Shown piece by piece: positions 19,075-29,310 of a DNA stretch of 32,000 nucleotides. The DNA is taken from NCBI RefSeq assembly GCF_900187275.1, contig NZ_LT906458.1, positions 870,001 to 902,000 on the forward strand, in the 5' to 3' direction. Made by a program: the position numbers and the translations under genes. Under the pieces are notes generated by a model. The model was not told the origin of the DNA, searched no databases, and saw only the letters and a program-made list of their open reading frames with translations. The DNA comes from Pasteurella multocida. Lineage in GTDB: Bacteria > Pseudomonadota > Gammaproteobacteria > Enterobacterales > Pasteurellaceae. Numbering within the stretch: the first letter of the stretch is position 1; every line of letters starts with the position of its first letter.

Positions 19075-20271
19075 TCACATCGCGTTTAAGCGCGCAAACC
19101 CGGCTTCTAGATCAGCGATTAAGTCAACCGGATCTTCTAAGCCAATATGAACACGAATCAATGTCCCGTTCAGCTGACGTGTGATATTCGGACGCATCGC
19201 CATGATCTCTTCCGGTTGATAATGTAAAATCAACGATTCAAATCCTCCCCAAGAATATGCCATGCTAAATAACGTAAAATGATCCATAAACCTCGCTAAT
19301 TGTTGCGGGTTTAGTCTTTGATTCAACTCAAATGAGAACAAGCCTGTTGCCCCACTAAAATCACGCTTAAAAAATTGATGTCCGGGACAGCTTTCTAATG
19401 CGGGATGATAAACGGCTTTTACTTCAGGTTGTGCCGCTAACCAGTGTGCCACCTTCAACGCATTTTCTTCATGTTGTTTCAAGCGAATCCCCAATGTTCG
19501 AATACCTCGCGCAGTCATATAAGCACTTTCCGCATCTACCATTTGTCCCATTAAATAAGAATGCTCTCGTAATTGTGCCCAACAACGTTTATTCGCTACC
19601 GCAGTACCAATCATCACATCGGAATGTCCCACTAAATATTTGGTTCCAGCTTGAATCGAGATATCAATACCTTGTTCAAGTGCCTTAAAGAACACACCCG
19701 CTGACCATGTATTATCGATCATGATCACGATATCAGGATTAACACGACGTGCGGCTTTAACAATCGCCGGTATATCTGAAACCTCCATCGTCAGTGAACT
19801 TGGTGCCTCCAAAAAAAGTACTTTAGTATTTTCTTGTACAAGCTCAGTAATGCCTTCACCTATCATGGGATCGTAATAAGTCGTGTCTATTTGCATTTTC
19901 TTCAAAACACAATTACAAAACGCTTGCGTCGGCTCATAAGCCGCACCCGTCATTAAAATATGATCACCGCTTTGGACAAAAGATAAAATACTTTGTGTGA
20001 CCGCTGCGGCACCACAAGGATACAAATAACAACCTTCTCCGCCTTCTAATTCCGCCATCGCTTCTTGCAAGGCAAAATGGGTTAAAGTTCCTCGACGCCC
20101 GTAAAATAATTCTCCCTGTGCACGCCCAATGGTCGCTTGTTTTTTATGGGCTAAACTGTCAAAAACCAATGATGAAGCGCGTTGAATCACAGGATTCACG
20201 CCCCCCTGTAAAAAGGGTTTTCTACGTCCTGTATGAACAAATTGTGTTAATAATGTTTGTTTTTCTGACAT
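19075..20271 (-). CDS. metC: Cystathionine beta-lyase (PLP-dependent Cys/Met metabolism family)
   Basis: 398 aa; [57 protein letters not shown] (PLP lysine). Confidence 0.93.
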   Translation of the reverse strand: MSEKQTLLTQFVHTGRRKPFLQGGVNPVIQRASSLVFDSLAHKKQATIGRAQGELFYGRRGTLTHFALQEAMAELEGGEGCYLYPCGAAAVTQSILSFVQSGDHILMTGAAYEPTQAFCNCVLKKMQIDTTYYDPMIGEGITELVQENTKVLFLEAPSSLTMEVSDIPAIVKAARRVNPDIVIMIDNTWSAGVFFKALEQGIDISIQAGTKYLVGHSDVMIGTAVANKRCWAQLREHSYLMGQMVDAESAYMTARGIRTLGIRLKQHEENALKVAHWLAAQPEVKAVYHPALESCPGHQFFKRDFSGATGLFSFELNQRLNPQQLARFMDHFTLFSMAYSWGGFESLILHYQPEEIMAMRPNITRQLNGTLIRVHIGLEDPVDLIADLEAGFARLNAM

Positions 20272-20453
20272 TGTGTTGCATCCTTGATCTGAAGTAAGAA
20301 ATAAAGATAAGTTAATAAAAAGTTAAAAATAAATAAGGAGATAGGCAAAAACTCCTGTCAAAATGCCTCAACATTCTTTAGAATAGAAAGACAATTTTGC
20401 TTATTCTCCCAAAGCAAAATTTTTCGTTTAATTTTTAACAGGAGATTAATACT

Positions 20454-21056
20454 ATGGTATTAGTAACTCGTCAAGCCCCTGATTTTACAGCGGCTGCCGT
20501 TTTAGGTAATGGTGAAATCGTTGATAATTTCAATTTTAAACAACATATCGCAGGTAAAGCGGCTGTTGTTTTCTTCTATCCACTCGACTTTACTTTCGTA
20601 TGCCCATCTGAACTTATCGCGTTTGATCATCGCTATGAAGAGTTCCAAAAACGTGGTGTTGAAGTAGTGGGTATTTCCATTGACTCAGAATTCAGCCACA
20701 ACGCTTGGCGTAAAACCCCAGTCGAAAATGGCGGTATCGGTGAAGTGAAATATGCTTTAGTTGCCGATATCAAACATGAAATCGCACAAGCCTTTGGTAT
20801 TGAACATCCAGAAGCTGGCGTGGCGTTACGTGCCTCTTTCTTAATTGATAAAGATGGCGTAGTACGTCACCAAGTTGTGAATGATTTACCATTAGGTCGT
20901 AATATTGATGAAATGTTACGTATGGTTGACGCGCTACAGTTCCATGAAGAACATGGTGATGTCTGCCCTGCTCAATGGGAAAAAGGAAAAGAAGGCATGA
21001 CCGGTAGCCCTGAAGGTGTGGCAAAATACTTAAAACAGCATGCTGATCAACTGTAA
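20454..21056 (+). CDS. Typical 2-Cys peroxiredoxin (AhpC/TSA family)
   Basis: 200 aa; FFYPLDFTFVCPSE peroxidatic Cys and GDVCPAQW resolving Cys. Confidence 0.94.
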   Translation: MVLVTRQAPDFTAAAVLGNGEIVDNFNFKQHIAGKAAVVFFYPLDFTFVCPSELIAFDHRYEEFQKRGVEVVGISIDSEFSHNAWRKTPVENGGIGEVKYALVADIKHEIAQAFGIEHPEAGVALRASFLIDKDGVVRHQVVNDLPLGRNIDEMLRMVDALQFHEEHGDVCPAQWEKGKEGMTGSPEGVAKYLKQHADQL

Positions 21057-21077
21057 TTTTTTCAGTTAAGTATTTCT

Positions 21078-21106
21078 AAAAGGATTAGCCTCTTGCTAAT
21101 CCTTTT
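21078..21106 (+). terminator. Rho-independent terminator after peroxiredoxin gene
   Basis: AAAAGGATTAG-CCTCTTG-CTAATCCTTTTT. Confidence 0.85.
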
Positions 21107-21191
21107 TCATCTATATCAATGTGATATTGGCAAAATAAAAAAGATCAACGCATAACAATACATTGATCTTCTGTGAGGCATGAAAAGGTTA

Positions 21192-21509
21192 TTAACCACC
21201 GGCTAATTTAACACGATAGCCTTTCTGTTCTAGTAAATCTTTTAAAAGATCGCGTTTTTCACCTTGAATTTCAATCGTGCCATCTTTTACTGCCCCCCCA
21301 CAACCACAACGTTTTTTCAGTTCAGTCGCGAGTTTTTTCAATTCATCATCGGATAAATCCAAACCAGTAATGACACAAACACCATTCCCTTTACGACCAC
21401 TCACCTGACGCTGGATACGCACAATCCCATCACCTTTAGGACGTGTTGGTTGAGGTTTTTCTGTTTTAATTCGACCGGTTTCTGTCGAATAGACTAATGT
21501 ATCTGTCAT
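21192..21509 (-). CDS. yciH: SUI1/eIF1-like translation factor YciH
   Basis: 105 aa; GDGIVRIQRQVSGRKGNGVCVITGLDL, KKRCGCGGAVKDGTIEIQG. Confidence 0.93.
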   Translation of the reverse strand: MTDTLVYSTETGRIKTEKPQPTRPKGDGIVRIQRQVSGRKGNGVCVITGLDLSDDELKKLATELKKRCGCGGAVKDGTIEIQGEKRDLLKDLLEQKGYRVKLAGG

Positions 21510-21511
21510 TG

Positions 21512-22213
21512 TTATCTATTCACGGGTAAAGAAGCATTAATTGATTTGAGCACTTCTGCTGGGTTATCTGCTTGTGTAATTGGACGACCAATCACTAAAT
21601 AGTCAGAACCTGCTTGAATTGCCCCCGCTGGTGTCATTACGCGACGTTGATCACCAAAATCACTGCCAATTGGGCGAATTCCCGGCGTAATCAGTTTAAA
21701 ATCTTTACCACAGTTAGCGCGTAAAATTTCCACTTCTTGCGGAGAACAAACCACGCCATCTAATCCGGCACGCTGTGTTAGATTGGCTAAACGGATTACT
21801 TGTTCCATCGGAGAAGCATTAATGCCAATTTGCAATAAATCTAGATCTTCCATACTGGTTAATACCGTCACACTAATTAAAAGAGGCGCGTCTTTACCAT
21901 AAGGTTCAAGAATTTTCTTTGCCTCCTCCATCATACGCAAACCACCGCTGGCATGTAAATCAACCATCCACACCCCCAAATCTGCCGCGGAACGCACCGC
22001 TCTTGCTACAGTATTTGGAATATCATGAAATTTTAAATCTAAAAACACATCAAAGTTGCGATCATGTAATGCTTTGACAAATTTCGTCCCTAATGTAGTA
22101 AACATTTCTTTACCGACTTTCAAACGACATAAGCTCGGATCAATTTGATCAACTAAACGCAATGCTTCTTCTTCTTTTTCATAATCTAGTGCAACAATGA
22201 TTTTACTCGTCAT
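21512..22213 (-). CDS. pyrF: Orotidine 5'-phosphate decarboxylase
   Basis: 233 aa; [57 protein letters not shown]. Confidence 0.97.
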   Translation of the reverse strand: MTSKIIVALDYEKEEEALRLVDQIDPSLCRLKVGKEMFTTLGTKFVKALHDRNFDVFLDLKFHDIPNTVARAVRSAADLGVWMVDLHASGGLRMMEEAKKILEPYGKDAPLLISVTVLTSMEDLDLLQIGINASPMEQVIRLANLTQRAGLDGVVCSPQEVEILRANCGKDFKLITPGIRPIGSDFGDQRRVMTPAGAIQAGSDYLVIGRPITQADNPAEVLKSINASLPVNR

Positions 22214-22249
22214 AATTTTCCCTCTCTGTGTTCAATTAATTATGTTTGC

Positions 22250-23437
22250 TTAATCTTCTATCGGTTTGATTGTTTCCCAATGTCGGCAAGATGGACAACA
22301 CCAGGTTAGTTTGTGTGTTTGATAACCACAATTTGTGCAACGGTAGTCAAAATTCTGCTTAATGCGTTCCCCCACCATTTTATGCAACAACACAAGACTT
22401 TCTTTTCCTCTCCCTTCTTCAGCATCATTAATTTGATATTGAATAAAGCGGTGAAATAAAAAGGTTGTCGGATGTTGGTTTAATTGCTGATACAACTTCG
22501 CTTGTGCGGCTGTTTTACCGTCGATTTCTTCAATTAAATCAGAAAGTGCTAATTCTACAGCACTATTTTTGGTGACACGGCTGGCTTTAATCAAAAATAA
22601 TTCAAAGCTCTCTAATTGGTTGAGCTTGTGATAACAGGCTTTCAGTAAATCTAAGACTTCTCCCACATAATCAGCGTTTTGTTCAAGGACATTTTCTAAC
22701 GTCATTACAGCCTGCTGGTAACGTTTTTCTTGGATTAAAAGTTGACCAAGTAAAATTGAGGCTCTCACACAATTTGGTGCCACTTTTAATGCTGACACTA
22801 ATAATCCTTTCTGACGCTCTTGTTGTGTCTTCTCTTCTAACGATAAACTTTGAGCCAATTCACAGTAATATTGTGCAAGCTCAATATTATTTTCTTGTGG
22901 TGAAATTTTCGCTAATTTTTCTGCAACATTAATCGCTTTTTCCCATTCTTTCGTTTTTTGATACAACACTGCCAGTTGTTGTAATGCATTTTCAGCAAAC
23001 TCTGGCTCATCAACTAACAAAATATAAAGCATTTCAGCACGGTCATAAAATCCTACTGCCATGAAATCTTTTGCTAATTGTTGCTTAGCTAGCAGTTTTT
23101 GTTCAAAGGTATAATCAGGGCTACGATCTAACGCTTGATGAATACGTAAAGCGCGATCAACTTCACCTCGAGAGCGATAAAGATTGCCTAGTGTCAGTTC
23201 AGCTTCAAACTGTGAAGTGCTATCGATTTCATTTTCTGTTTCTTGCTTTTGCAGAATATCGAGAAACAAATCAACTGCTTTTTCTGGTTGATTTGATAAA
23301 AGGAAATTCACGCCAGTGACATAATCACGGGAGAGTTTGTTTGTCATGTCTTCCTGATCTTTTTTCGCACTACGGTGCCCCATATACCAACCATAAGCTG
23401 CAGCAATAGGTAAAAGCAGGAAGAGTAACTCGAGCAT
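22250..23437 (-). CDS. lapB: Lipopolysaccharide assembly protein B (TPR plus rubredoxin-like domain)
   Basis: 395 aa; N-terminal TM, DYVTGVNFLLSNQPEKAVDLF, C-terminal YRCTNCGYQTHKLTWCCPSCRHW metal-binding motif. Confidence 0.95.
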   Translation of the reverse strand: MLELLFLLLPIAAAYGWYMGHRSAKKDQEDMTNKLSRDYVTGVNFLLSNQPEKAVDLFLDILQKQETENEIDSTSQFEAELTLGNLYRSRGEVDRALRIHQALDRSPDYTFEQKLLAKQQLAKDFMAVGFYDRAEMLYILLVDEPEFAENALQQLAVLYQKTKEWEKAINVAEKLAKISPQENNIELAQYYCELAQSLSLEEKTQQERQKGLLVSALKVAPNCVRASILLGQLLIQEKRYQQAVMTLENVLEQNADYVGEVLDLLKACYHKLNQLESFELFLIKASRVTKNSAVELALSDLIEEIDGKTAAQAKLYQQLNQHPTTFLFHRFIQYQINDAEEGRGKESLVLLHKMVGERIKQNFDYRCTNCGYQTHKLTWCCPSCRHWETIKPIED

Positions 23438-23733
23438 TATTTAGCGACCTTATCTCGAGTCGTTGTTAATTCATTAATTTGTAACGTTTGGCGTTTAAGC
23501 TGACGTGTTAAGGACATGTTTTTCAGCTTTAATTTGATATAAAAGATAGCGCTAATTAACCAACCTAAAATCAAACCTAAACCGAATAAAATCGCCACTA
23601 AAGTCGAGAGACGAAATTCGCTTTGTGCGACCATATAATTAAAGCTGATTATCTGATCATTATTCGCACCAATCGTGATCGCCACTAAGACTATGGCGAG
23701 TACCAGTACTAAACCTAAAATATATTTGATCAT
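23437..23733 (-). CDS. lapA: Lipopolysaccharide assembly protein A
   Basis: 98 aa; two TM helices, coiled-coil tail; upstream of and overlapping lapB. Confidence 0.9.
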   Translation of the reverse strand: MIKYILGLVLVLAIVLVAITIGANNDQIISFNYMVAQSEFRLSTLVAILFGLGLILGWLISAIFYIKLKLKNMSLTRQLKRQTLQINELTTTRDKVAK

Positions 23734-23784
23734 CTACTCACTCCTTAACAAAAAAATATGTTCCATTATGCCAAAAATAAATAC

Positions 23785-23809
23785 AAAAAACGACACTTAA
23801 ACGTGTCGT
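23785..23809 (-). terminator. Rho-independent terminator after ihfB
   Basis: Minus strand ACGACAC-GTTTAA-GTGTCGT-TTTTTG (stem 23790-23796/23803-23809). Confidence 0.75.
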
Positions 23810-23828
23810 TATATAAAGTTAGTTGAAA

Positions 23829-24113
23829 TTATGCGTAAATATCAACACGCTCTCTCAGCTCTTTGCCTGCTTTAAAGTGCGGGACAGATTTTGTGTCTAA
23901 TTTCACTTGTTCACCTGTTTTAGGATTACGCCCTAAACGAGGTTGGCGATAATGCAATGAGAAACTACCAAATCCTCTTACTTCAATACGCTTACCACTT
24001 TCTAATGCGAATGACATTTGATCCAAAATCTCTTTTACTGCATTTTCAACATCTTTTGCCGCAACTGCATGACATTTTTGGACTAAACGCTCAATAAGCT
24101 CTGATTTAGTCAT
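23829..24113 (-). CDS. ihfB: Integration host factor beta subunit
   Basis: 94 aa; [39 protein letters not shown]. Confidence 0.97.
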   Translation of the reverse strand: MTKSELIERLVQKCHAVAAKDVENAVKEILDQMSFALESGKRIEVRGFGSFSLHYRQPRLGRNPKTGEQVKLDTKSVPHFKAGKELRERVDIYA

Positions 24114-24184
24114 AATTTTCTCCTAACTTGATAGTGAGCTAACATGTTCTCACATGTTAGCTCTATGCGATAAGGGGAAGTTAA

Positions 24185-25834
24185 TTATTCGCCTTTAGCT
24201 GCTTTGAATGCTTCTGCCATTGCGTTTGGAATAGCAACATCTTCTTGTTTGTTATTCACATTTGCAACTGCAGCTGCTTCTTCTGCTTGGTCTTTCGCGC
24301 GTACAGATAAGTGAACGATACGTGCTTTACGATCAACGCCTGTGTATTTTGCTTCAACAACATCACCTGCGTTCACTTCGTTTGTTAAATCCGCTGCACA
24401 GATATAACCTTCAACACCGCCATCTAATTCAACTTTTGCACCTTTCGCATCCGCTTCAACAACTTTAGCGCTTAATACTGCACCTTTTTTGTTAACTGCA
24501 ACGAAATTATTGAATGGATCTTCTTCAAGTTGTTTAATACCTAAAGAGATACGCTCTTTCACTGCATCAACTTGTAACACGACTGCAGCAACTTCGTCAC
24601 CTTTTTTGTATTGACGAACTGCTTCTTCACCAGACACATTCCAAGAAATGTCAGATAAGTGAACTAAACCGTCGATACCGCCATCAAGACCGATGAAGAT
24701 ACCAAAGTCAGTGATTGACTTAATTTTACCTTCAACTTTGTCGCCTTTGTTGTGTGTTTCAGCGAATTGTAACCATGGGTTCGGTTTGCATTGTTTTAAA
24801 CCTAAAGAAATACGACGACGTTCTTCATCGATTTCTAATACCATCACTTCAACAACATCACCTAAGCTAACCACTTTAGAAGGGTGGATGTTTTTGTTTG
24901 TCCAATCCATTTCAGAAACGTGAACTAAACCTTCAACGCCATCTAAAATTTCAACGAAACAACCATAATCAGTTAAGTTAGTCACTTTACCGCTTAATTT
25001 GCTGTTTACTGGGTGATTTTCTGCGATAGCAACCCAAGGATCTTGACCTAATTGTTTTAAGCCTAAAGATACACGAGTACGATCTTTGTCGAATTTCAAT
25101 ACTTTAACAGTAATTTCATCGCCAACATTCACGATTTCGCTTGGGTGTTTAACACGTTTCCATGCCATATCCGTGATGTGTAGTAAACCGTCAACGCCAC
25201 CTAAATCAACGAATGCACCGTAGTCAGTTAAGTTCTTAACGATACCTTTAACTTCAGAGCCTTCTTGTAAGTTTTCAAGAATTTGTTCACGTTCTTGGCT
25301 ATTTTCTGATTCGATAACAGCACGACGAGAAACAACTACGTTGTTACGTTTTTGATCAAGTTTGATTACTTTGAACTCTAATTCTTTACCTTCTAAGTGT
25401 AAAGTTTCGCGAACTGGGCGAGTATCAACTAATGAACCTGGTAAGAATGCACGAACACCGTTTAACTCAACTGTGAAACCACCTTTCACTTTACCGTTGA
25501 TTAAACCGATAACAGTTGCCTGTTCTTCGTATGCTTTTTCTAATTCAATCCAAGATTCGTGACGTACTGCTTTTTCACGAGAAAGTTTTGTTTCACCAAA
25601 ACCATCTTCCACAGCGTCTAACGCAACATTAACAACATCACCAACTTGAACGTCTAATTCACCTTGTGCGTTTAAGAATTCTTCAACAGGGATTGCTGAT
25701 TCAGATTTTAAACCAGCGTCAACAAGCACAAAGCCTTTTTGAATAGCAACAACAGTACCGCTAACGATAGAACCTTGACGGGTTTCAAGTTCTTTTAATG
25801 ATTCTTCAAATAGTTGAGCAAAAGATTCAGTCAT
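24185..25834 (-). CDS. rpsA: 30S ribosomal protein S1
   Basis: 549 aa; multiple S1 domains, [31 protein letters not shown]. Confidence 0.98.
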   Translation of the reverse strand: MTESFAQLFEESLKELETRQGSIVSGTVVAIQKGFVLVDAGLKSESAIPVEEFLNAQGELDVQVGDVVNVALDAVEDGFGETKLSREKAVRHESWIELEKAYEEQATVIGLINGKVKGGFTVELNGVRAFLPGSLVDTRPVRETLHLEGKELEFKVIKLDQKRNNVVVSRRAVIESENSQEREQILENLQEGSEVKGIVKNLTDYGAFVDLGGVDGLLHITDMAWKRVKHPSEIVNVGDEITVKVLKFDKDRTRVSLGLKQLGQDPWVAIAENHPVNSKLSGKVTNLTDYGCFVEILDGVEGLVHVSEMDWTNKNIHPSKVVSLGDVVEVMVLEIDEERRRISLGLKQCKPNPWLQFAETHNKGDKVEGKIKSITDFGIFIGLDGGIDGLVHLSDISWNVSGEEAVRQYKKGDEVAAVVLQVDAVKERISLGIKQLEEDPFNNFVAVNKKGAVLSAKVVEADAKGAKVELDGGVEGYICAADLTNEVNAGDVVEAKYTGVDRKARIVHLSVRAKDQAEEAAAVANVNNKQEDVAIPNAMAEAFKAAKGE

Positions 25835-25939
25835 AATTAATCTTCAATTTTAAATTTAATAACGTCCACTTCAAAATCCATTGAATGTGGGGCTGAGAAC
25901 AAATGTTTATTCCATCCTTGAATAAACGGTTAAGATGAT

Positions 25940-26623
25940 TTAAGCCTTAATATCAAGGTGTTGCTGAATATAACTTAACGCCTGCGCAATGACCTCTTCA
26001 ATACTTAATGACGTACTGTCTAATATTAAAGCATCTTCAGCAGGTTTAAGTGGCGCAACAGCTCGATTTCTATCGCGAAAATCACGCGCTTTTATCTCGG
26101 CTAAAATCTGGTCAAAGTTACCACTAATCCCTTTATTTTGCAACTGTTTATAGCGTCTTTTTGCTCTTTCTTCCGCACTTGCGTCTAAAAAGAGTTTTAC
26201 TTGTGCGTTGGGGAAAACCACCGTTCCCATATCACGTCCATCCGCAATCAAGCCATTTTCCGTTGAAAAATCTTGTTGACGCTGCAAAAGCGCTTTCCTT
26301 ACTTCAGGAAAAACTGCCACTTTTGATGCTGCCTCCGCCACTTCTTGCGTTCTGATCTGACCACTGACATTTTCACCATTTAAGAGAATTTTCACCTCGC
26401 CATCTGCGGGTAAAAATTGCACATCTAGTGCGCTTGCAAGCGCTGCTAAGGCTATTTCATCGTCTAATTCGACCGCACTTTTTAATGCAGCAAGCGCAGT
26501 GACACGATAAATAGCCCCACTATCTAATAAAGTAAAACCTAATTTTTCAGCGAGCGCATAACAGAGTGTTCCTTTGCCAGCACCGCTTGGTCCATCCACC
26601 GTAATCACAATTTTATTTGACAT
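25940..26623 (-). CDS. cmk: Cytidylate kinase
   Basis: 227 aa; [46 protein letters not shown]. Confidence 0.97.
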   Translation of the reverse strand: MSNKIVITVDGPSGAGKGTLCYALAEKLGFTLLDSGAIYRVTALAALKSAVELDDEIALAALASALDVQFLPADGEVKILLNGENVSGQIRTQEVAEAASKVAVFPEVRKALLQRQQDFSTENGLIADGRDMGTVVFPNAQVKLFLDASAEERAKRRYKQLQNKGISGNFDQILAEIKARDFRDRNRAVAPLKPAEDALILDSTSLSIEEVIAQALSYIQQHLDIKA

Positions 26624-26795
26624 TTTTCATCTTCTCTTCCATCACTTAATCAATCGCTAAAGGATATCATAATCAATAAAATAGGCAGAAATTCTTTTCA
26701 TGATGTTATCAAACATAGCACACTTTTTATTCTCCCTCGCCTTTTATTCCCCCTCATTTTGTGGACTTTGTCACATTTTTAATCACTCTTTTCTC

Positions 26796-26824
26796 TTGCA
26801 ACTTGTTTATTTTATAAATAGAAT
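26796..26824 (+). promoter_or_regulatory. Candidate sigma70 promoter of the TonB receptor gene
   Basis: -35 TTGCAA (26796-26801), 17-bp spacer, -10 TAGAAT (26819-26824). Confidence 0.5.
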
Positions 26825-26825
26825 T

Positions 26826-26844
26826 AATAATAGTTATCATTGTT
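26826..26844. promoter_or_regulatory. Candidate Fur box
   Basis: AATAATAGTTATCATTGTT, 13/19 matches by hand to GATAATGATAATCATTATC, directly abutting the predicted -10. Confidence 0.5.
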
Positions 26845-26867
26845 AAATTTAAATGGAGAAAATTGAC

Positions 26868-29228
26868 ATGGAATCCGCAAAAAATCCACTCAAAAAGACA
26901 ACACTTGCACTCCTCTGTTGTTCTACCGCCTTCTCGCTTTCCGCAAAAACCGATACGAACGCCGATAAAAATCACTTTTTGACGGAAATTGTCGTGTATG
27001 CGGATCAAAATAAATCAATGAGTTCAACACAGAGTGTCACTCAAGATGACATGAAAAAAAGCCCTGTCACAAATGGTAATATTACTGACTATTTACGTTC
27101 AAATCCGCATGTGCGTTATGAGAATAGCGATCAAAATGGATTGCAACGAGGTGAAATTAAACCCGAAAACATTTCAATTAATGGTGCAGATTATCAGCAG
27201 ACTACTTTTTTTGTCGATAATGTAAATATCAATAATGATATGGGATTTGGTAGTGATCTTTTTGACGGCACCATGGCAACTGTCCCCTTTGCCAATCATT
27301 CTCAAGGCTACTTTTTTGATGCCAATCTGCTCTCTTCAATTGTCGTGCATGACAGTAATGTTTCTGCCAGCTTAGGAGGATTTGCGGGGGGGGCCGTCGT
27401 GGCGAAAACCAAACAATATGATGGGAAAGATCAGTTAAAATTTAGTTATCGTACAACTGATGCCTCATGGGCGAAATTTAAAGTAGAAGACAAAGATCTT
27501 GAACGTTTTAAAAATGCGATTCCTGAAGGATCGGTCGCCGAATTTCAACCTAAGTATTCTAAACACTTTTTCAATATCACGGCAGAAAAAGGGTTAAGTG
27601 AAAATTTAGGTATGGTGATCGGATTAAGTCGTAGAACATCAAGTATCCAGCAATCACGTCAAATTAATCCACAAGGTGATCGTGATAAACAAACACATAC
27701 AAGACGTTCAGACAATGCGTTACTGAATTTTAATCTGACACCAAACGACAAACACCGTTTCGAACTCGGTTTCAGATACTCAAATTATCGTGAGCGTAAA
27801 TTCTTTAATACTAATATAGACAGTAATGTTTTTGACTATCACCGTGCTTATGGAGTGACTTTCTCTTGGATAAATGCCCTTCAGTCTGGTATTCTCACGA
27901 CGACACTCGCCTATGATAACTTTGATGACACGAGAAAATCAGCTTCGACTTCTATGAAAACTATTATCGAAGATGAAAATGACTACACTCTTGGAGGGAT
28001 GGGCAATAGCCAATTAAATCAAAAAAACAGTCATTTTTCCCTTGAATATGCCATGAATTCTTTTGATTTAAGCCACATTAATCACTCTATATCACTAGGA
28101 AGTGTGTTCCAACACACACAATACCGTTTTCATCGAGAATCTGATGCTGAGGCAGAGATTATTAATAGAATAGACCTTGAAAACAGAAAGATAGAAATTA
28201 AATCAAGCAATTTAGCCAAAAAAGGAACCGTAAAAACACGTTATCAAAATATCGCACTTTACGTGGAAGATTTAATGACGTGGAAAAATCTCGAATTTCG
28301 GGCGGGACTTCGTCTTGAACGTGATGATTATTTAAAAAACACGAATTTGGCGCCAAGAACCGTTTTTCGTTATAAACCATTTGAAGACACTGCATTCAGT
28401 GTGGGTTGGAACCGTTACTACGGACGTTCCTTTGCCTCAATGAAATTATCTGAAGGTATCTTCAAATTAGATGGTCATGATACCTTCCGTTACAAAGACC
28501 TTAGCCAATTTAAAACCCCTTATTCAGACGAACTGAGCTTTGGTGTAGAACAATATGTTGCTAATCTCGCCTTTCACTTGAAATACATTTTACGTGATAA
28601 CAAACAACGTATTGTTTTACAAGAAGACGTCATGTTAAATGAAGAAGAGAAAAAACTCCGCTATTACCAACGAGGAAAAGACTACAAAACGAATGTGTTA
28701 ACCTTCCAAATTAACACACAAGCGCCTTGGGAGCTTGGTCCAACACGCTGGACAAGTGCAGTGGCATTTGATTGGTTAGATAGCAAAGCTATCGATCATG
28801 GCAGGGGCTATAACGGTTCGACACCTGTGATTTTAGACGGGAAATTAATGACTTATGAGCAAATGTTGAAAAAAGTCAATGCTTACAAAGAAACATGGGG
28901 TCTACGTTTAAATCTTGACATGTTTGTTCCAAGATTTGATCTTTCTTGGGCTAATACAATCTATGTCAAGCCACCAACAACCTTAACTGAACGCGTTAGC
29001 AGTAATACACCTGAAGTATATCGTAGCTATGATTATGGTACTTATACACAATGGGATACCAGTCTTCGCTGGCAGCCAACTTTCGCAGAAAAACACCGTC
29101 CTTATATTAAATTAGATGTACTTAATGTGTTAAATAAAACACGTAAAGGCGCAGGTCCAAATGGACAAGATCTCGGCATCTACACCCCCGGTCGTGAGTT
29201 CTGGCTTGAAGTTGGTTACGAATTCTAA
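26868..29228 (+). CDS. TonB-dependent outer-membrane receptor
   Basis: ORF track starts at 26853, but GGAG precedes ATG 26868 (MESAKNPLKKTTLALLCC...). Signal-like N-terminus, TonB-box-like TEIVVYA, plug domain (NGNITDYLRSNPHVRYE...), C-terminal VNDL-like LDVLNVLNKTRKG...FWLEVGYEF ending in F. Confidence 0.92.
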   Translation: MESAKNPLKKTTLALLCCSTAFSLSAKTDTNADKNHFLTEIVVYADQNKSMSSTQSVTQDDMKKSPVTNGNITDYLRSNPHVRYENSDQNGLQRGEIKPENISINGADYQQTTFFVDNVNINNDMGFGSDLFDGTMATVPFANHSQGYFFDANLLSSIVVHDSNVSASLGGFAGGAVVAKTKQYDGKDQLKFSYRTTDASWAKFKVEDKDLERFKNAIPEGSVAEFQPKYSKHFFNITAEKGLSENLGMVIGLSRRTSSIQQSRQINPQGDRDKQTHTRRSDNALLNFNLTPNDKHRFELGFRYSNYRERKFFNTNIDSNVFDYHRAYGVTFSWINALQSGILTTTLAYDNFDDTRKSASTSMKTIIEDENDYTLGGMGNSQLNQKNSHFSLEYAMNSFDLSHINHSISLGSVFQHTQYRFHRESDAEAEIINRIDLENRKIEIKSSNLAKKGTVKTRYQNIALYVEDLMTWKNLEFRAGLRLERDDYLKNTNLAPRTVFRYKPFEDTAFSVGWNRYYGRSFASMKLSEGIFKLDGHDTFRYKDLSQFKTPYSDELSFGVEQYVANLAFHLKYILRDNKQRIVLQEDVMLNEEEKKLRYYQRGKDYKTNVLTFQINTQAPWELGPTRWTSAVAFDWLDSKAIDHGRGYNGSTPVILDGKLMTYEQMLKKVNAYKETWGLRLNLDMFVPRFDLSWANTIYVKPPTTLTERVSSNTPEVYRSYDYGTYTQWDTSLRWQPTFAEKHRPYIKLDVLNVLNKTRKGAGPNGQDLGIYTPGREFWLEVGYEF

Positions 29229-29247
29229 CTTCTCCACGCCTGTCAAA

Positions 29248-29283
29248 AAACACGACGTGTTATTCACATAACGCGTCGCGTTT
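29248..29283 (+). terminator. Intercistronic hairpin (terminator or attenuator-like)
   Basis: AAACACGACGTGTTAT-TCAC-ATAACGCGTCGCGTTT: 16-bp arms with one mismatch and one G-T pair on the + strand transcript, followed by TTTATTT-like sequence. Confidence 0.6.
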
Positions 29284-29310
29284 ATTTATACACAGATGAG
29301 ATTAAAAATA

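Noticed and set aside
21293-21299. C7/G7 tract inside yciH as a possible phase-variable repeat
   Set aside because: Encodes the family-conserved CGCGGAV motif, is short, and yciH is a housekeeping-type gene; coincidence from Gly codons is the simpler view.
26853-26867. First ATG of the TonB receptor ORF
   Set aside because: GGAG within this stretch is the likely Shine-Dalgarno for ATG 26868, so the shorter protein is preferred.
26629-27008. Small ORF 26754-27008 (-) upstream of and overlapping the TonB receptor start
   Set aside because: Basic, low-complexity peptide with no family resemblance; covers the promoter/Fur-box region and the receptor start antisense.
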